Part shown: piece by piece, positions 36,250-49,887 of the stretch
Numbering within the stretch: position 1 is the first letter of the stretch
Layout: every line of letters begins with the position of its first letter
Source of the DNA: Mobula hypostoma
Lineage: Eukaryota
Direction of reading: 5' to 3'
Length of the DNA stretch: 64,000 bases
NCBI RefSeq assembly: GCF_963921235.1
Contig: NC_086097.1
Coordinates: forward strand, 245,274,001-245,338,000
The notes under the pieces: generated by a model
What the model was told of the DNA's origin: nothing
Databases searched by the model: none
What the model saw: the letters and a program-made list of their open reading frames with translations, nothing else
Translations under genes and position numbers: made by a program

Positions 36250-37680
36250 CAAAAGGAAAGGATTGGTAATGATCTTTAAAGAATCACTTGATTCTGGACT
36301 GGTTCCAGAGGATTAGAAGATTGCAAATGTCACTCCACTCTTCAGGAAGGGAGGAAGGCAGAAGAAAAGAAATCATAGGCCAGTTAGCCTCACCTCAGTA
36401 TCTGGGAAGATGCTGGAGTTGATTGTTAAGGATGTGGATTTGAGGTACTTGGAAGCGTATGGTAAAACGGGTCAAAGTCAGCATGTTTCCTTAAGGGAAA
36501 ATCTTGCCTGTCAAATCTGTTAGAATACTTTGAGAAAATAACAAGCAGGACAGACAAAGGAGAATCAGTGGATGTTGTGTACTTGGATTTTCAGAAGGCC
36601 TTTGACAACATACTGCACATAAGGCTGCTTAGTAAGATAACGGCCAAGAAAGACACTAGCATGGATTGGCTGAATGGCAGGAGGCAAGGACTGGGAATAA
36701 AGGGGAACCTTTTCTGGTTGGCTGCCAGTGACTAGTGGTGTTCTGCAGGGATTGGTGTTGGGACCACTTCTTTTTACATTGTATGTCAATGATTTGGATG
36801 ATGGAATTGATGGCTTTGTGGCCTACTTTATGGAGCAATGAAGATTTGTGGGGGCACAGGTAGTGTTGAGGAAGCAGGTTATCTACAGAAAGACTTGGAC
36901 AAATAAGCAGAATGGGCAAAAAAAGTGGCAGATGGAATATAGTGTCAGGAAGTGTACATTCATGCACTTTGGTAGAAAGAATACAGGTATAGACTATTTT
37001 TTAAATGGGGAGAAAATTAAAAAATCTGATGTCCAACGGGACTTGGAAGTCCTCCTGCAGGATTCCCTAAAAGTTAAATTGCAGTTTAAGTCAGTGATGA
37101 GGGAGCATTCATTTCAAGAAGACTAGAATATAAAAGGCGGGATGTAATGTTGATGCTTTAAAGCACTGGTGAGGCCTCACTTAAAGCATTGAGCAGTTTT
37201 GGGTCCCTTATCTAAGAAAGGATGTGCTGATATTGGAGAGGGTCCAGAGGATGTTCACAAAAATGATTCCGGGAGTGAAAGGCTTATCATATGAGTAGTG
37301 TTTGATGGCTGTGGGCCTCTGCTCACTGGAATTCAGAAGAATGAGGGGTGGCCTCATTGAAACCTATCAAATATTGCAAGGCCTTGATAGAGTGGATGTG
37401 GAGAGGATGTTTCCTATGGTGGGACAGTCTAAGACTCGAGGACACAACCTCAAAATAGAGAGGCGTCGTTTTAAAATGGAGATGAGGAGGAATGTCTTTA
37501 GCCAGTGAGTGCTGAATCAATGGAATTTGTTGCCACAGGCAGCTGTGGAGGCATGAAAGGATATGGGGAGAAGCTAGGAGATTGGGGCTGAGAGGGACAA
37601 TGAATCAGCCAAGATGAAATGACGGAGAAGAATTGATGGGCCAAATAGCCTAATTCTGCTTCTATAACTTGTGGTCTTTT
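36250..37680 (+). mobile_element. Degraded CR1 ORF2 RT to 3' end
   Basis: WQMEYSVRKC..HFGRKN, SLEFRRMRGGLIETY. Confidence 0.88.
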
Positions 37681-37989
37681 GGGCTTACCATGAAATCTTT
37701 TTTCTTGCAGGCATTCACAGTAGAACAAAAAAATGCAATGGAATCAATGACGACCTACACACAAACAGACTGACAAACAGCCAACATGCAAAAGCAGATA
37801 ATCTGTGCAAATATAAATAAATAATAGACAGATAAATAAATAAATAAATGGCGCTGAGAATGAGAGTTGTACAGTCCTTGAAAGTGAGCCCATTGGTTGT
37901 GGGATCAGTTCAGAGTTGAGGTGAGCGTAAAGGAGATGTGTGACGCTAGATTTTTAAATGGATATTTGTCTAGAACACTATTCCAGGGA

Positions 37990-38370
37990 GGATGATGAGA
38001 AGATATAATGGCTGGTAGAGGTAATGCATTTGGAAGATGCTGTTTGAGGAGTCTTGGTTAGCTGCTGTATTGCATTCTCTACATGGTACAAGCTGGCGCT
38101 GCTGTGGTGGATGGTTGGGAATGGGGTGCCTATCATGTAGGCTGTTGCATCTTGTTTCATGTTGATCTCATCCAAATCAATGAAGAGTATTCCATCACAC
38201 TCCTGATTTGAGCCTTGTAGATGGTGGACAGACCAGGGAAGTAGGAGGTGCGTGACTTGCCAAAGGATTCTAATCTCTGACCAATTCTTGTAGCCACATT
38301 GTATATATATCCATTGTAGTTCAGTTTCTAGTTAATAATAACCCGCAGGATATTGAAAGACAGGGAATGT
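37990..38370 (-). mobile_element. Old CR1-clade LINE of a different family
   Basis: Minus strand reads ..STIYKAQIRSVMEYSS. Confidence 0.55.
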
Positions 38371-38898
38371 CATAAGTCTGTAAGAATTACAAGCAGAATT
38401 AGGCTATTAATCTTTGCTTTAAATATAGTCAACGACTTGGCCTCCACAGCTATCTGTGGAAATGAATTCTTCAGATTTACCACCCTCCGCTGATGAAATT
38501 CCTCCTCATGTCTGTTCTAAGGGGATGTCCTTGTACTCTGTGTGCCTCTGGTCCTAGACTCTCCCATTACAGGAAACATCCTCTCCAAAGGTCAAAGTTC
38601 AAGTGAAATTTATTATTATCAAAGTATATTTATGTCACCATATACAAGTCTTCATTTCCTGGCGGGCAACAATAGTAAATTCAAGGAACAGAATAGAATC
38701 AATGAAAGACCACATCCAACAGGATGGACAAACTACCAATGTGCAAAAGACAACAAACTGTGCAGATACAAAGAGAAAAAAAACAAATTAATAATAATAA
38801 ATAGATAATCAATAAATATCGAGAACATGATATGAAGCATCCTTGAATAAGAGTCTATAGGTTGTGGGAACATTTTTGTATGGGGCAAGTGAAGTTGA

Positions 38899-39810
38899 GT
38901 GGTCGTCTATAAATTTGCTAACAATACAACCATGGTTGGTAGAATCTCAGGTGGTGATGAGAGGGCGTACAGGAGTGAGATATGCCAACTAGTGGAATGG
39001 TGCCACAGCAACAACCTGGCACTTAACGTCAGTAAGACAAAAGAGCTGATTGTGGACTCCAGAAAGGGTAAGACGAAGGAACACATACCAATCCTTATAG
39101 AGGGATCAGAAGTGGTTAGAGTGAGCAGTTTCAAGTTCCTGGGTGTCAAGATCTCTGAGGATCTAACCTGGGCCCAACGTATCGATGTAGTTATAAAGAA
39201 AGCAAGACAGTGGCTATACTTCATTAGTAGTTTGAAAAGATTTGGCATGTCAACAAATACACTCAAAAACTTCTATAGATCTACCATGGAGAGCATTCTG
39301 ACAGGATGTATCTGTCTGATATGGGAGGGGGGGCTACTGCATAGGACCAAAAGAAGCTGCAGAGGATTGTAACTCTAGTCAGCTCCATCTTAGGCACTAG
39401 CCTACAAAGTACTCAGGACATCTTCAGGGAGCGATGTCTCAGAAAGGCAGCGTCCATTATTATGGACCTCCAGCACCCAGGGCATGCCCTTTTCTTACTG
39501 TTACCATTAGGTAGAAGGTACAGAAGCCTGCAGGCACACACTCAGCGATTCAGGAACAGCTTCTTCCCCTCTGCCATCCGATTCCTAAATGGACATTGAA
39601 CCCTTGGACACTACCTCACTCTTTTTTAATATACAGTATTTGTTTTTTGCATGTTTTTAATCTATTCAATATATGTATACTGTAATTGATTTACTTATTA
39701 TTATTATTACTTTTATTTCATTTTTTCTATATTATGTATTGCATGGAACTGCTGCTGCTAAGCTAACAAATTTTACGTCACGTGATAATAAACATGATTC
39801 TGATTCTGAT
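38899..39810 (+). mobile_element. Rex1/Babar-like LINE RT C-terminus + 3' UTR
   Basis: WCHSNNLALNVSKTKELIVD..FKFLGVKISEDLTW; (gattct)n tail. Confidence 0.88.
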
Positions 39811-40299
39811 CCTGAGTTATCCCCTCTGGTTCAAGAGCCTGATGGTTGAGGTGTAATAACTGTTCCTAAAACTGGTGATGTGGGTTCAGCAGTGAGAAGA
39901 GATGGCAGCCTGTATGGTGGTGGTGCGTGATGATGGATGCTGTTTTCCTGCAACAGCACTCCATGTGTATGTGCTCAGTTGTGAGGACGGCTTTATCCAT
40001 GACGCACTGGGCTGTATCCACTACTTTTGTCGGCTTTTCCATTCGAGGGTATTGGTGTTTCCATACCAGGCCGTGATGCAAAAAGTCAATATACTTTCAA
40101 CTACAAATCTTCTGAAGTTTATCAAAATTTTTGATGTCATGCCAAGAGGTCACAAATTGTGCTGAGCATTATGCAATCATCAGAACACATCCCTGTTCCT
40201 GATCTTCCGGTTAAGGGAGGATCATTGATGAAGCAACTGAAGATGGTTTGATTGAGGACACTGCCCTAAGGAACTTGTCAGAATCAGCTTTAATATCAC

Positions 40300-40950
40300 T
40301 GGCATATCGAATGAACTCTACTCGGGCTTCCAACCGGCTACAAGCACTGATTTTAACCAATGTTTCCATGACACCCTCTGCCATCTTCATCAAGGACAAT
40401 GCCTAGGCGTGTCCATTCCGGTGCTATATATACCCCTGTCATCCGTCCCTCCTGATTGGGTGAGGACTAACCAATCAGGTTTCCACTCCCCACCGTGTTT
40501 ACAATTGAATTCCAGTTCTCACTTAAAGTGAGACCATCGTCTTCGTTGAAATTATTTTTCTGTGGTTTTATTTCAATGGCTTTCTTCACCAGGCAGTCCC
40601 AAATGCCACTGATGTGGCACAGTAGTTCTGTGCTGTCAAAGTCAATGCAATCTTCTGCTATTGCCAATTTCTCCAGGTAATCCAAATGGATACACCTACA
40701 GTACTCCTTGATGTGGGTTTCCACCATGCGCCCCGTCTGGCCGATATACAAATTCACAGGAAACCTGATTGGATGAGGACTAACCAATCAGGATGGACGG
40801 ATGACATGAGTATACATTATATACCATTGGACTAGATATGCCTAGGCATCATCCCTGATGAAGATGGCAGAGTTTGTCATCAAAACATTGGTTAAAATCG
40901 ATACTTATACCCGGATGGAAGCCTGAGAACAGTTTATTCATCATATGCAC
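40300..40950 (-). mobile_element. Second Penelope family: GIY-YIG remnant between inverted pLTR arms, each with a hammerhead motif
   Basis: LYIGQTGRMVETHIKE..KAIEIK..NFNEDDGLTLSENW; arms ~40300-40484 and ~40759-40950. Confidence 0.82.
40850..40893 (+). ncRNA. Decayed hammerhead ribozyme motif (inverted partner at ~40355-40396)
   Basis: CTGATGA a GATGGCA-gagtt-TGTCATC AAAA CATT; the minus-strand partner retains GAAA. Confidence 0.55.
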
Positions 40951-41499
40951 TGGGAACGTACTAGATCCTTTATCAGTAAGATATGTTATGAAATTTATTG
41001 TTATATGGCAGCAGTACATCGCAATACATAATAAACACTGTAAATTACACAAAGAAGTATATATACATTTAGAAAGTTCAATAAAATAAGCAGTGCAAAA
41101 AGAGAGAAAAGAGTATTGAGGTAATGTTCATGGGTTCAATATCCTTTCAGAAATATAATGGCAGAGAGAAAGAAGCTATTCCTGATCGTGTGGACATATG
41201 CTGTGCTGAGCCAATCACCACAGCCATCTTCCTTTGGATGTGACTCCCAGTTGGTCCAGATTAGCCAGAGCTTCTCAATGCCGTACTCTAATGCTGTCTC
41301 AATGCAATGCGGTCTCTAAGGCCGCATTGTAATACCACCTCACTTTTTAAAAATAAATCATTTCTGTTTTTGGCACGATTTTTAATCTATTCGATATACA
41401 TATACTAGAATCTATTTATTTATTTATTATTATTTTTTCTTCTATGTTATGTATTGCATTGAACTGCTGCTGCTAAGTTAACAAATTTCACGACACAAG

Positions 41500-44400
41500 T
41501 GGGAAGAGTTTAAAAGCGAGCAGAGTTGAAAAGGTGATAGTTATTTCTTCAGCAGTTTGAATGGGGCACAATTGTGCAAGTGTGTGGAGGTCAGCCAGTG
41601 AGAACGAGAAGAGTTTAAAAGGAGACAGATTTACAGAGTGGCATAGGAGGAGTGGGCGATGAAGTAGAGGGAGACAGAGTAGGAAGGCTTTGGCTCAACA
41701 GGTAGAGGCAATAACAGGTCGAGGCGAGGTAGGTTATCTGTTTAGAATACAGACAGAAAGAATGTGTGTGAGGCCGGTTTTCTGTGCTCGGTGTCAGATG
41801 CGGGAGGTCCTGGAGACTCCCAGCCTCCCGGACGGCCACGTCTACACCAGGTGCGTCAAGCTGCAGCTCCTTAGGGACCGCGTTAGGGAACTGGAGATGC
41901 AGCTCGATGACCTTCATCTGGTCAGAGAAAGTGAGGAGGTGATAGAGAGGAGGTAGTCACACCGGGGCCTCAGGAGACAGATAAATGGGTAATAGACAGG
42001 AGAGGGAAGGGCAAGAAGCAGATGCTAGAGAGTGCCCTAGTTGTTGTCCACCTTAACAATAAGTACTCCTGTTTGAGTACTGTTGGGAGAGACGGCCTAC
42101 CTGAGAGAAGCAACAGTGGTTGCGCCTCTGGCACAGAGTCTGGCGCTGTGGCTCAGAAGGGTTGGGAAAGGAAGAGGGTGGCAGCAGTGATAGAGGACTC
42201 TATAGTTAGGGGGTCAGACAGGCGATTCTGTGGACACAGGAAAGAAACACGGATGGTAGTTTGCCTCCCAGGTGCCAGGGTCCGGGATGTTTCTGATCGC
42301 GTCCATGATATCTTGAAGTGGGAAGGAGAACAGCCAGAGGTTGTGGTACATATTGGTACCAATGACGTAGGTAGGAAAAGTGAGGGTGTCCTAAAAGCAG
42401 ACTACAAGGAGTTAGGAAGGAAGTTGAGAAGCAGCACCGCAAAGGTAGTAATCTTGGGATTACTGCCTGTGCCACGTGACAGTGAGTATGGGAATAGAAT
42501 GAGGTGGAAGATAAATGAATGGCTGAGGGATTGGAGCAAGGGCAGGGATTCTGATTTCTGGATCATTGGGAGCTCTTCTGGGGCAGGTGTGACCTGTACA
42601 AAAAAGGACGGGTTGCACTTGAATCCCAGGGGGACCAATATCCTGGCGGGGAGGTTTGCAAAGGCTATTAGGGAGAGTTTAAACTAGAATTGCTGGGGGG
42701 TGGGAACTGAACTAAAGTGACGGCGGAAAGGGAGGTTGGCTCATAAATAGAGAAAGCTTGGAGACAGTGTGTGAGGGAGAATAGGCAGTTGATAGAGAAG
42801 GGACGCGCTCAGACCGATGGTTTGAGATGTGTCTATTTTAATGCGAGGAGTATTATGAATAAAGTGGATGAGTTTAGAGCGTGGATCAGCACTTGGAGCT
42901 GTGATGTTGTGGGCATTACAGAGACTTGGATGGTACAGGGGCAGGAATGGCTACTTCAAGTGCCAGGCTCTAGATGCTTCAGAAAGGACAGGGAGGGAGG
43001 CAAAAGAGGTGGGGGCAAGGCACTGTTGATCAGAGATAGTGTCACGGCTGCAGAACAGGAGGACATCATGCAGAGGTTGTCTCCGGAGTCTCTGTGGGTG
43101 GAAGTTAGGAATAGGAAGGGGTCAATAATTCTACTGGGTGTTTTTTATAGACCACCCAATAGTAACAGGGACATCGAGGAGCAGATGGGGAGACAGATTC
43201 TGGAAAGGAGTAATAATAACAGGGTTGTTGTGGTGGGAGATTTTAATTTTCCAAATAATAATTGGCATTTCCCTAGAGTGAGGGGTTTAGATGGGGTGGA
43301 GTTTGTTAGGTGTGTTCAGGAAGGTTTCTTGACACAATATGTAGATCAGCCTATAAGAGGAGAGGCTGTACTTGATCTGGTATTGGGAAATGAACTTGGT
43401 CAGGTGTCAGGTGTCTCAGTTGAAGAGCATTTTGGAAATAGTGATCACAATTCTATCTCCTTTACCATAGCATTGGAGAGGGATAGGAGCAGACAAGTTA
43501 GGAAAGCGTTCAGTTGGAACAAGGGGAAATATGAGGCTATCAGGCAGGAACTTGGAAGCATAAATTGGGAACAGATGTTCTCAGGGAAACGTATGGAAGA
43601 AATGTGGCAAATGTTCAGGGGATATTTGCGTGGGGTTCTGCATAGATGCATTCCAATGAGACAGGGAAAGGATGGTAGGGTACAGGAGCCGTAGTGTACA
43701 AAGGCTGTTGTAGATCAAGAAGAAAAGAAGGGCTTATAAAAGGTTCAAAAAGCTAGGTAATGATAGAGGTCTAGGAGATTATAAGGAAGGAGCTTAAGAA
43801 TGAAATTAGGAGAGCCAGAAGGGGCCATGAGAAGGCCTTGGCAGACAGGATTAAGGAAAACTCCAAGGCATTCTACAAGTATGTGAAGAGCAAGAGGATA
43901 AGATGTGAGAGAATAGGACCAATCAAGTGTGACAGTGGAACCGGAAGAAATAGTGGAGGTACTTAATGAATACTTTGCTTTAGTATTCACTACAGAAAAA
44001 GATCTTGACGATTGTAGGGATGAATTGCAGTGGACTGAAAAGCTTGAGCATGTAGATATTAAGGAAGGGGATGTGCTGGAGCTTTTGGAAAGCATGAAGT
44101 TGGATAAGTCACTGGGACGGGACGAGATGTACCCCAGGCTACTGTGGGAAACGAGGGAGGAGATTGCTGAGCCTCTAGCAATGATCTTTGCATCTTCAAT
44201 GAGGACAAGAGAGGTTCTGGAGGATTGGAGATTTGTGGATGTTGTTCCCTTATTCAAGAAAGGGAGTAGGGATAGCCCAGGAAATTATAGACCAGTGAGT
44301 CTTAGTACTTTGATAGAGAAAATCCTGAGGGGCAGGATTTATGAACATTTGGAGAGGCATAATATGATTAGGAATAGTCAGCATGGCTTTGTCAAAGGCA

Positions 44401-45893
44401 GGTCATGCCTTATGAGCCTGATTGAATTTTTTGAGGATGTGACTAAATACATTGATGAAGGTAGAGCCGTAGATGTAGTGTAGATGGAATTTAGTGAGGC
44501 ATTGATAAGTTACCCCTTGCAAGACTTATTGAGAAAGTAAGGAGGCATGGGATCCAAGGGGACATTGCTTTGTGGATCCAGAATTGGCTTGTCCACAGAA
44601 GGCAAAGAGTGGTTGTAGACAGGTTATATTCTGCATGGAGGTCGGTGACCAGTGGTTTGCCTCAGGGATCTGTTCTGGGACCCCTACACTTTGTGATTTT
44701 TCTAAATGACCTGGATGAGGAAGTGGAGGGATGGATTAGTAAATTTGCTGATGACACAAAGGTTGGGGTTGTTGTGAATAGTATGGAGGGCTGTCAGAGG
44801 TTACAGTGGGACATTGATAGGATGCAAAACTGGGTTGAGAATTTTCAGATGGAGTTCAACCTAGAAAAGTGTGAAGTCGCTCATTTTTGGTAGGTCAAAT
44901 ATGATGGCAGAATATAGCATTAATGGTAAGACTCCTGGCAGTGTGGAGGACCGAGGGATCTTGGGGGCCGAGTCAATAGGACACTCAAAGCTGCTATGCA
45001 GGTTGACTATGTGGTTAAGAAGGCATACGGTACATTGGCCTTCATCAACCGTGGGATTGAGTTTAAGAGGCGAGAGGTAATGTTGCAGCTATATAGGACC
45101 CTGGTCAGACCCCACCTGGAGTACTGTGCTCAATTCTGGTTCCCTCACTACAGGAAGGAGTGGAAACTATAGAAAGGGTGCAGAGGAGGTTTACAATGAT
45201 GTTGCCTGGTTTGGGGAGCATGCCTAATGAGAATAGGTTGAGTGAACTCGGCCTTTTCTCCTTGGAGCGACGGAGGATGATAGGTGACCTGAGAGGTGTA
45301 TAAGATGATGAGAGGCATTGATTGTGTGGATAGTTAGAGGCTTTTTCACAGGGCTGAAATAGCTAGCATGAGAGGGCATATCTTTAAGGTGCTTGGAAGT
45401 AGGTACAGAGGAGATGTCAGGGGTAAGTTTTTCACGCAGAGAGTGGTGAGTGCGTGGAATGGGCTGCCGGCAACGGTGGTGGAGGTGGGAACAATAGGCT
45501 GTTTTAACAGTGGTCCCCAACCTCCGGGCTGCGGACCGATATGTTGCCGCAGAGAATGCAGCGGTGCAGCGGTAGCCAGAACGCACCCAGCCCATCTTTA
45601 AGAAAAAAGCTGAAATAAACAAGCTAATTAATTAGGTGCCTCCTTAGGTTGTTTATTTCAGCTTTTTTCTTAAAGATGTGCTGGGTGTGTTCCGGCCACC
45701 GCTGCATTCTTCGCAGCAATGTATTGGTCTGCGGCCCAGAGGTTGGGGACCACTGTTTTAAGAGTCTCCTGGATGGATAAGTGGAGCTTGGAAAAATAGA
45801 GGGCTATGGGTAAGCCTAGGTAGTTCTAAGGTAAGGACATGTTCAGCACAGCTTTGTGGGCCAAAGGGCCTGTATTGTGCTGTAGGTTTTCTA
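41500..45893 (+). mobile_element. Near full-length CR1 (5' UTR, ORF1 zinc-finger/esterase, ORF2 APE-RT), decayed
   Basis: CARCQM..TRCVKLQ; EDSIVRG, PGARV, VVVHIGTND; YFNARSI, GITETW, VGDFNFP, SDHN; QGSVLGP, KFADDTK. Confidence 0.93.
45508..45755. mobile_element. Palindromic hAT (Charlie-like) MITE inserted in CR1
   Basis: cagtggtccccaacctc...gaggttggggaccactg; almost wholly self-complementary; ttttaa on both flanks. Confidence 0.8.
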
Positions 45894-46129
45894 GAATAAA
45901 CCTGATCCTGATTCAAATGTTCTGGGGGTGTTCTCTCACTGCTCTCTGGAGTTCAACTCTCTTGGCCCTGTTTGGATCAAGTCTGTAATGAGATCAGGAG
46001 TTTTGGAAGAACCCAGACTGAGCATCTTTGAGCATGTTACTCCTTGATGGCATTGTCAATTATTCCTTCCATTATTTAGATAAGAAAAATTAACTTTATT
46101 TGTCACACATACATCGAAGTATTGAAACA

Positions 46130-46752
46130 TATGGTGTGTTGGCCTTCCTCAACCATGGGATTGAGTTCATGAGCCGTGAGGTAATGTTACAACTATACAA
46201 GACCTTGGTCAGACCCACTTGGAGTGCTGTGTTCACTTTTGGTCACCTCACTACAGGAAGGATGTGGATATTATAGAGAGAGTGCAGAGGAGATTTACAA
46301 GGATGTTGCATGGATAGAGAGCGTGCCTTATGAGAATAGGGTGAGTGAACCTGGCCTTTTCTCCTTGGAGCGACGGAGGATGAGAAGTTGCCTAATAGAA
46401 GTGTATAACATGATGAGAGGCATTGATCATGTGGATAGCCAGAGTCTTTTTCCCAGGGCTGAAAAGGCCAACATGAGAGGACATAGTTTTAAGGTGCTTG
46501 GAAGTAGGTACAGAGAGGATATCAGGGGTAAGTTTTTCACACAGAGAGTGGTGGGTGTGTGAAATGCACTGACAGTGAAGGCGGTAGAGCCAGATACAAT
46601 GAGGTCTTTTAAGAGACTCTTAGATAGGTACATGGAGGTTAGAAAAATAGACAGCTATGTGGTAGGGAAACTCTAGGCAATTTCTAGAGTAGGTTACATG
46701 GTCGGCACAACATTGTGGGCCGAAGGGCCTGTAATTTGCTGTAGATTTTCCT
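46130..46752 (+). mobile_element. CR1 3' portion
   Basis: LFSLERRRMRSCLIEVY..FFTQRVV. Confidence 0.88.
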
Positions 46753-46859
46753 TGTTCATACAGTGAAATGTGTCATTTGCGTCAACAACAAACACAGTGA
46801 ATCTGATCATGCATTGGGGCTTACCACAAGTGTTGCCATGCTTTCAGCACTAACACAGC

Positions 46860-47042
46860 ATGCCCAGAACTTACTAACCCTAACCTGTGCATCTTTGGAA
46901 TATGAGAGGAAACCAGATCACCCAGAAAAACCCGTGGGATCATGTGGAGAACATGCAAACACCTTATAGACAGTGCTGGGAATTGAACCCTGATTGTTGG
47001 CGCTGTAAAGAGCTGTGCTAACCGCACGCTACCGTGCTCCCT
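46860..47042 (-). mobile_element. V-SINE (head duplicated in inverted orientation at 47520-47628)
   Basis: gagcacggtagcgtgcggttagcacag..gggttcaattccc. Confidence 0.72.
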
Positions 47043-47628
47043 TAGGTTTGGTGTACTCAACCTTCATTCACCAATTTGACAGTTGTCCTGGCCCCCAGGA
47101 GTGACATCATGGAGCAGTACATGGAAAGAGAGAATGACATTACCAGATAGTTACTTAATTACTCCCCACATCCTGTTTGGCGCATCGAATGATTCTTTAG
47201 CTTTTTGTCTGTTTTATGAGGCCAGTGTTGCTAGCTCATTACCCAGCCTAGCATGGATGGAAAGCATGCAAAGAGCTGGCCAGACTCAAACCCAGGACCT
47301 CTTGATACCACTGCACTACCATCACAGACATAATCAGATAGGTCAGGGTAAGAAGTGTAACACTCAAAACCCCTACTCAAAGATACTCCCCACGTGGGGA
47401 GTAATTAAGTAACTATCTGGTAATGTCATTCTCTCTTTTCATGTACTGCTCCATGATGTCACTCCTGGGGGCCAGGACAACTGTCAAGTTGGTGAATGAA
47501 GGTCAAGTACACCAAACCTAAGGGAGCATGGTAGCATAGCAGTTAGCACAGCACTTTACAGCGCCAACAATCAGGGTTGAATTCCCAGAACTGTCTATAA
47601 TGTGTTTGCATGTTCTCCACATGATTCC
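46937..47628. repeat. Local inverted duplication, ~235-bp arms with a ~220-bp spacer
   Basis: 46937-47170 is the reverse complement of 47393-47628. Confidence 0.9.
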
Positions 47629-47959
47629 AGAACACTGAGCAGGGCATCTTGATTCATATTTATATCTCTTTCCCTGCATCATTTTTTCCTTGCTCAGTGT
47701 TGTTCTGTCTCCCACCAATGGCATATTTTACTCCAGCTTCCTCCCCTACATAGTCAGCAGTACAAATCTAATCTCTCACAGAATGGCCTCAATATTTTCA
47801 AAAGTCATAGAAGTGGGCTTCTTGGTTGTTATTGCCCACCCTGATTGCAAACTTGCTTTTGGAAAGATGTGTACGATCTTCTGGTGAACACATTTCACCC
47901 CCTCCCCAACTTTCCTCAATTCTCCACTTTGACCACTTAATTCTTCTCACATGTCTAGT

Positions 47960-48210
47960 ACTTCCCTCTCTCCACTCTCCTATCAGATTCTTTCTTCTCC
48001 AGTCCTTGCCCTTTCCCACCCACATGACTTCACCTATCACCTTCCAGCTAGACTCTTTCTCCACTTACCCCACCTTTTCATTCTAGCATCTTCCCCTTGC
48101 CTTCTCAGCCCTGATGAAGTGATGAAAGATCTTCGTTCGAAATGTCAACTGCTTTCCATAGATGCTGCCTGACCTGTTGAGTTCTTCCAGCATTTTGTGT
48201 GCATTGCTCA
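47960..48210 (+). mobile_element. Old Penelope pLTR fragment with a decayed hammerhead (~48106-48152)
   Basis: cctgatgaa...cgaaatgtcaactg..gatgctgcctgacctgttgagttcttccagc. Confidence 0.65.
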
Positions 48211-48779
48211 CAATGAGATGCAGACAAATGTTCTGAGGCAAAAATGGTGAAAACCTTGAAAATTACATTTTCAATATCCAAGATTGAAGATTATTTAATG
48301 TATTCAATTGCATAATGGCGCTGATGCTTTTCAATAGTTTAACTAAGCTAAAAATGTTTTGTTGATTATTTTAATTGGTACTCAGTGTCTGAGGCTTCTT
48401 GCTTAAGTGTCCAACAATAAGCAGCCAGCATTGATGGATTCCAGTTGCCCTGATCCCATTTCTCCATGACCACAATGTCCTGTTGAAACCTTTCACATGG
48501 TTGTCATTGACAGCACCAAGATTTGCAGGGAAGAAGTCTCGACCTTTCCCTAATACCTTGATCCTCAAGTCCTGACAAAATCCTTGTCAATTTTCCCTGC
48601 ACTTTTTCAATCTCATTGATATCTTTCCCATAGGTTGATGACCAGAAATACACACAATACTCCAAATCAGGCCTCATCAATGTCTTATACAAGTTCAACA
48701 TAACATCCTGTCTCCTGTACTCAATACCTTGATTTATGAAGGTCGATATGCCAAAAGCTTTCAAGAATCGATTATACTT

Positions 48780-49085
48780 TCCTTCCCTGCTGTATGTTGC
48801 TTCTGTCTCCTTCCTGAGTCTGTTTTCCCACCCAGTGTATTCTACGCTGTATTCTTTCTTCGTTCATTCTATTTGCCCTCTGTGTTCCTTCTCCAACATG
48901 TTATCTGCTTGTCTTCCAGCCTTACTTTCTGTTCATCTGTCTCTTTTTCTTCATTAATTCTCTGACTTTCATGCGCAGCATACCACTCTGTCTGTCTCTC
49001 TCTCTTTCCTAGTTTCTGTCTCTCTCTTCACTCACTCTTTTGCTCTTTCTCTCCCTTCTCTCTCTCTCTTTCTCGCTCTCTTATT
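48780..49085 (+). repeat. Pyrimidine-rich, (CT)n-like low-complexity tract
   Basis: tctgtctgtctctctctcttttcc...ctctctctctttctcgctctc. Confidence 0.7.
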
Positions 49086-49887
49086 GTACCTGTTGATTTG
49101 ACTCACAGCCCATATTTGTGTTACAGTCAGTACATAATGAGCAGAGGGTTAGTAATCTTTAAGGTGGTATGTTAGGGGTGGGGGGGTGCTTTCTTGCTTC
49201 CTATGATCACATATTGATTCTAAACATGTTATGTAAGGAAACTGAGGTTCAATTTAACTTTGAAAGCATCAAATCAATATTAATTACTCACTAATGTTAC
49301 AGTCTCTGATTTGCTCAGAAGTCGATACGGCAGCCAGTTTAATTCATACCATGTGTTTGCTTGCATTTTGATGCACATTGGGGCTATAGTGCCAGATTGT
49401 TGCAGTCCCACTTTGATTTTATCATCTTTATTATTTATTATTAATTTAGAGATACAACACAGTAACAGGCCCTTCTGGCCCAATGAGCCCAATTACATTT
49501 ATGTGACCAATTAACTTACTACTGTACTGTATGTCTTTGGGATGGGAGGACACCAGAACACCTGGAGGAATCCCATGTGGTCATCGGGAGAATGTAAAAA
49601 TTCCTTTTGAGCAGCAGTGTGAATTGAACCGAGGTCGTTGAGCCACCTACTTCCTCCTCCTCCGCAGTACTTCGGGATTTAGGACAACTCATTTCAACTT
49701 CATTTCCGAGGGATCTGAAGTGGTCAGTTAGATCAACATGGGAACTGCAGAATCTTCTACAGATGAAGCAAGAATTACCATAGGTTAGTTTGTGATATGG
49801 GGCACTCCTTCTGCTGCCTACACAGGGCTTCAGGGAACTTGAGATCTATGGACTTGTGGTTCTCAATGCTGTCTAATATGCCCCTTC

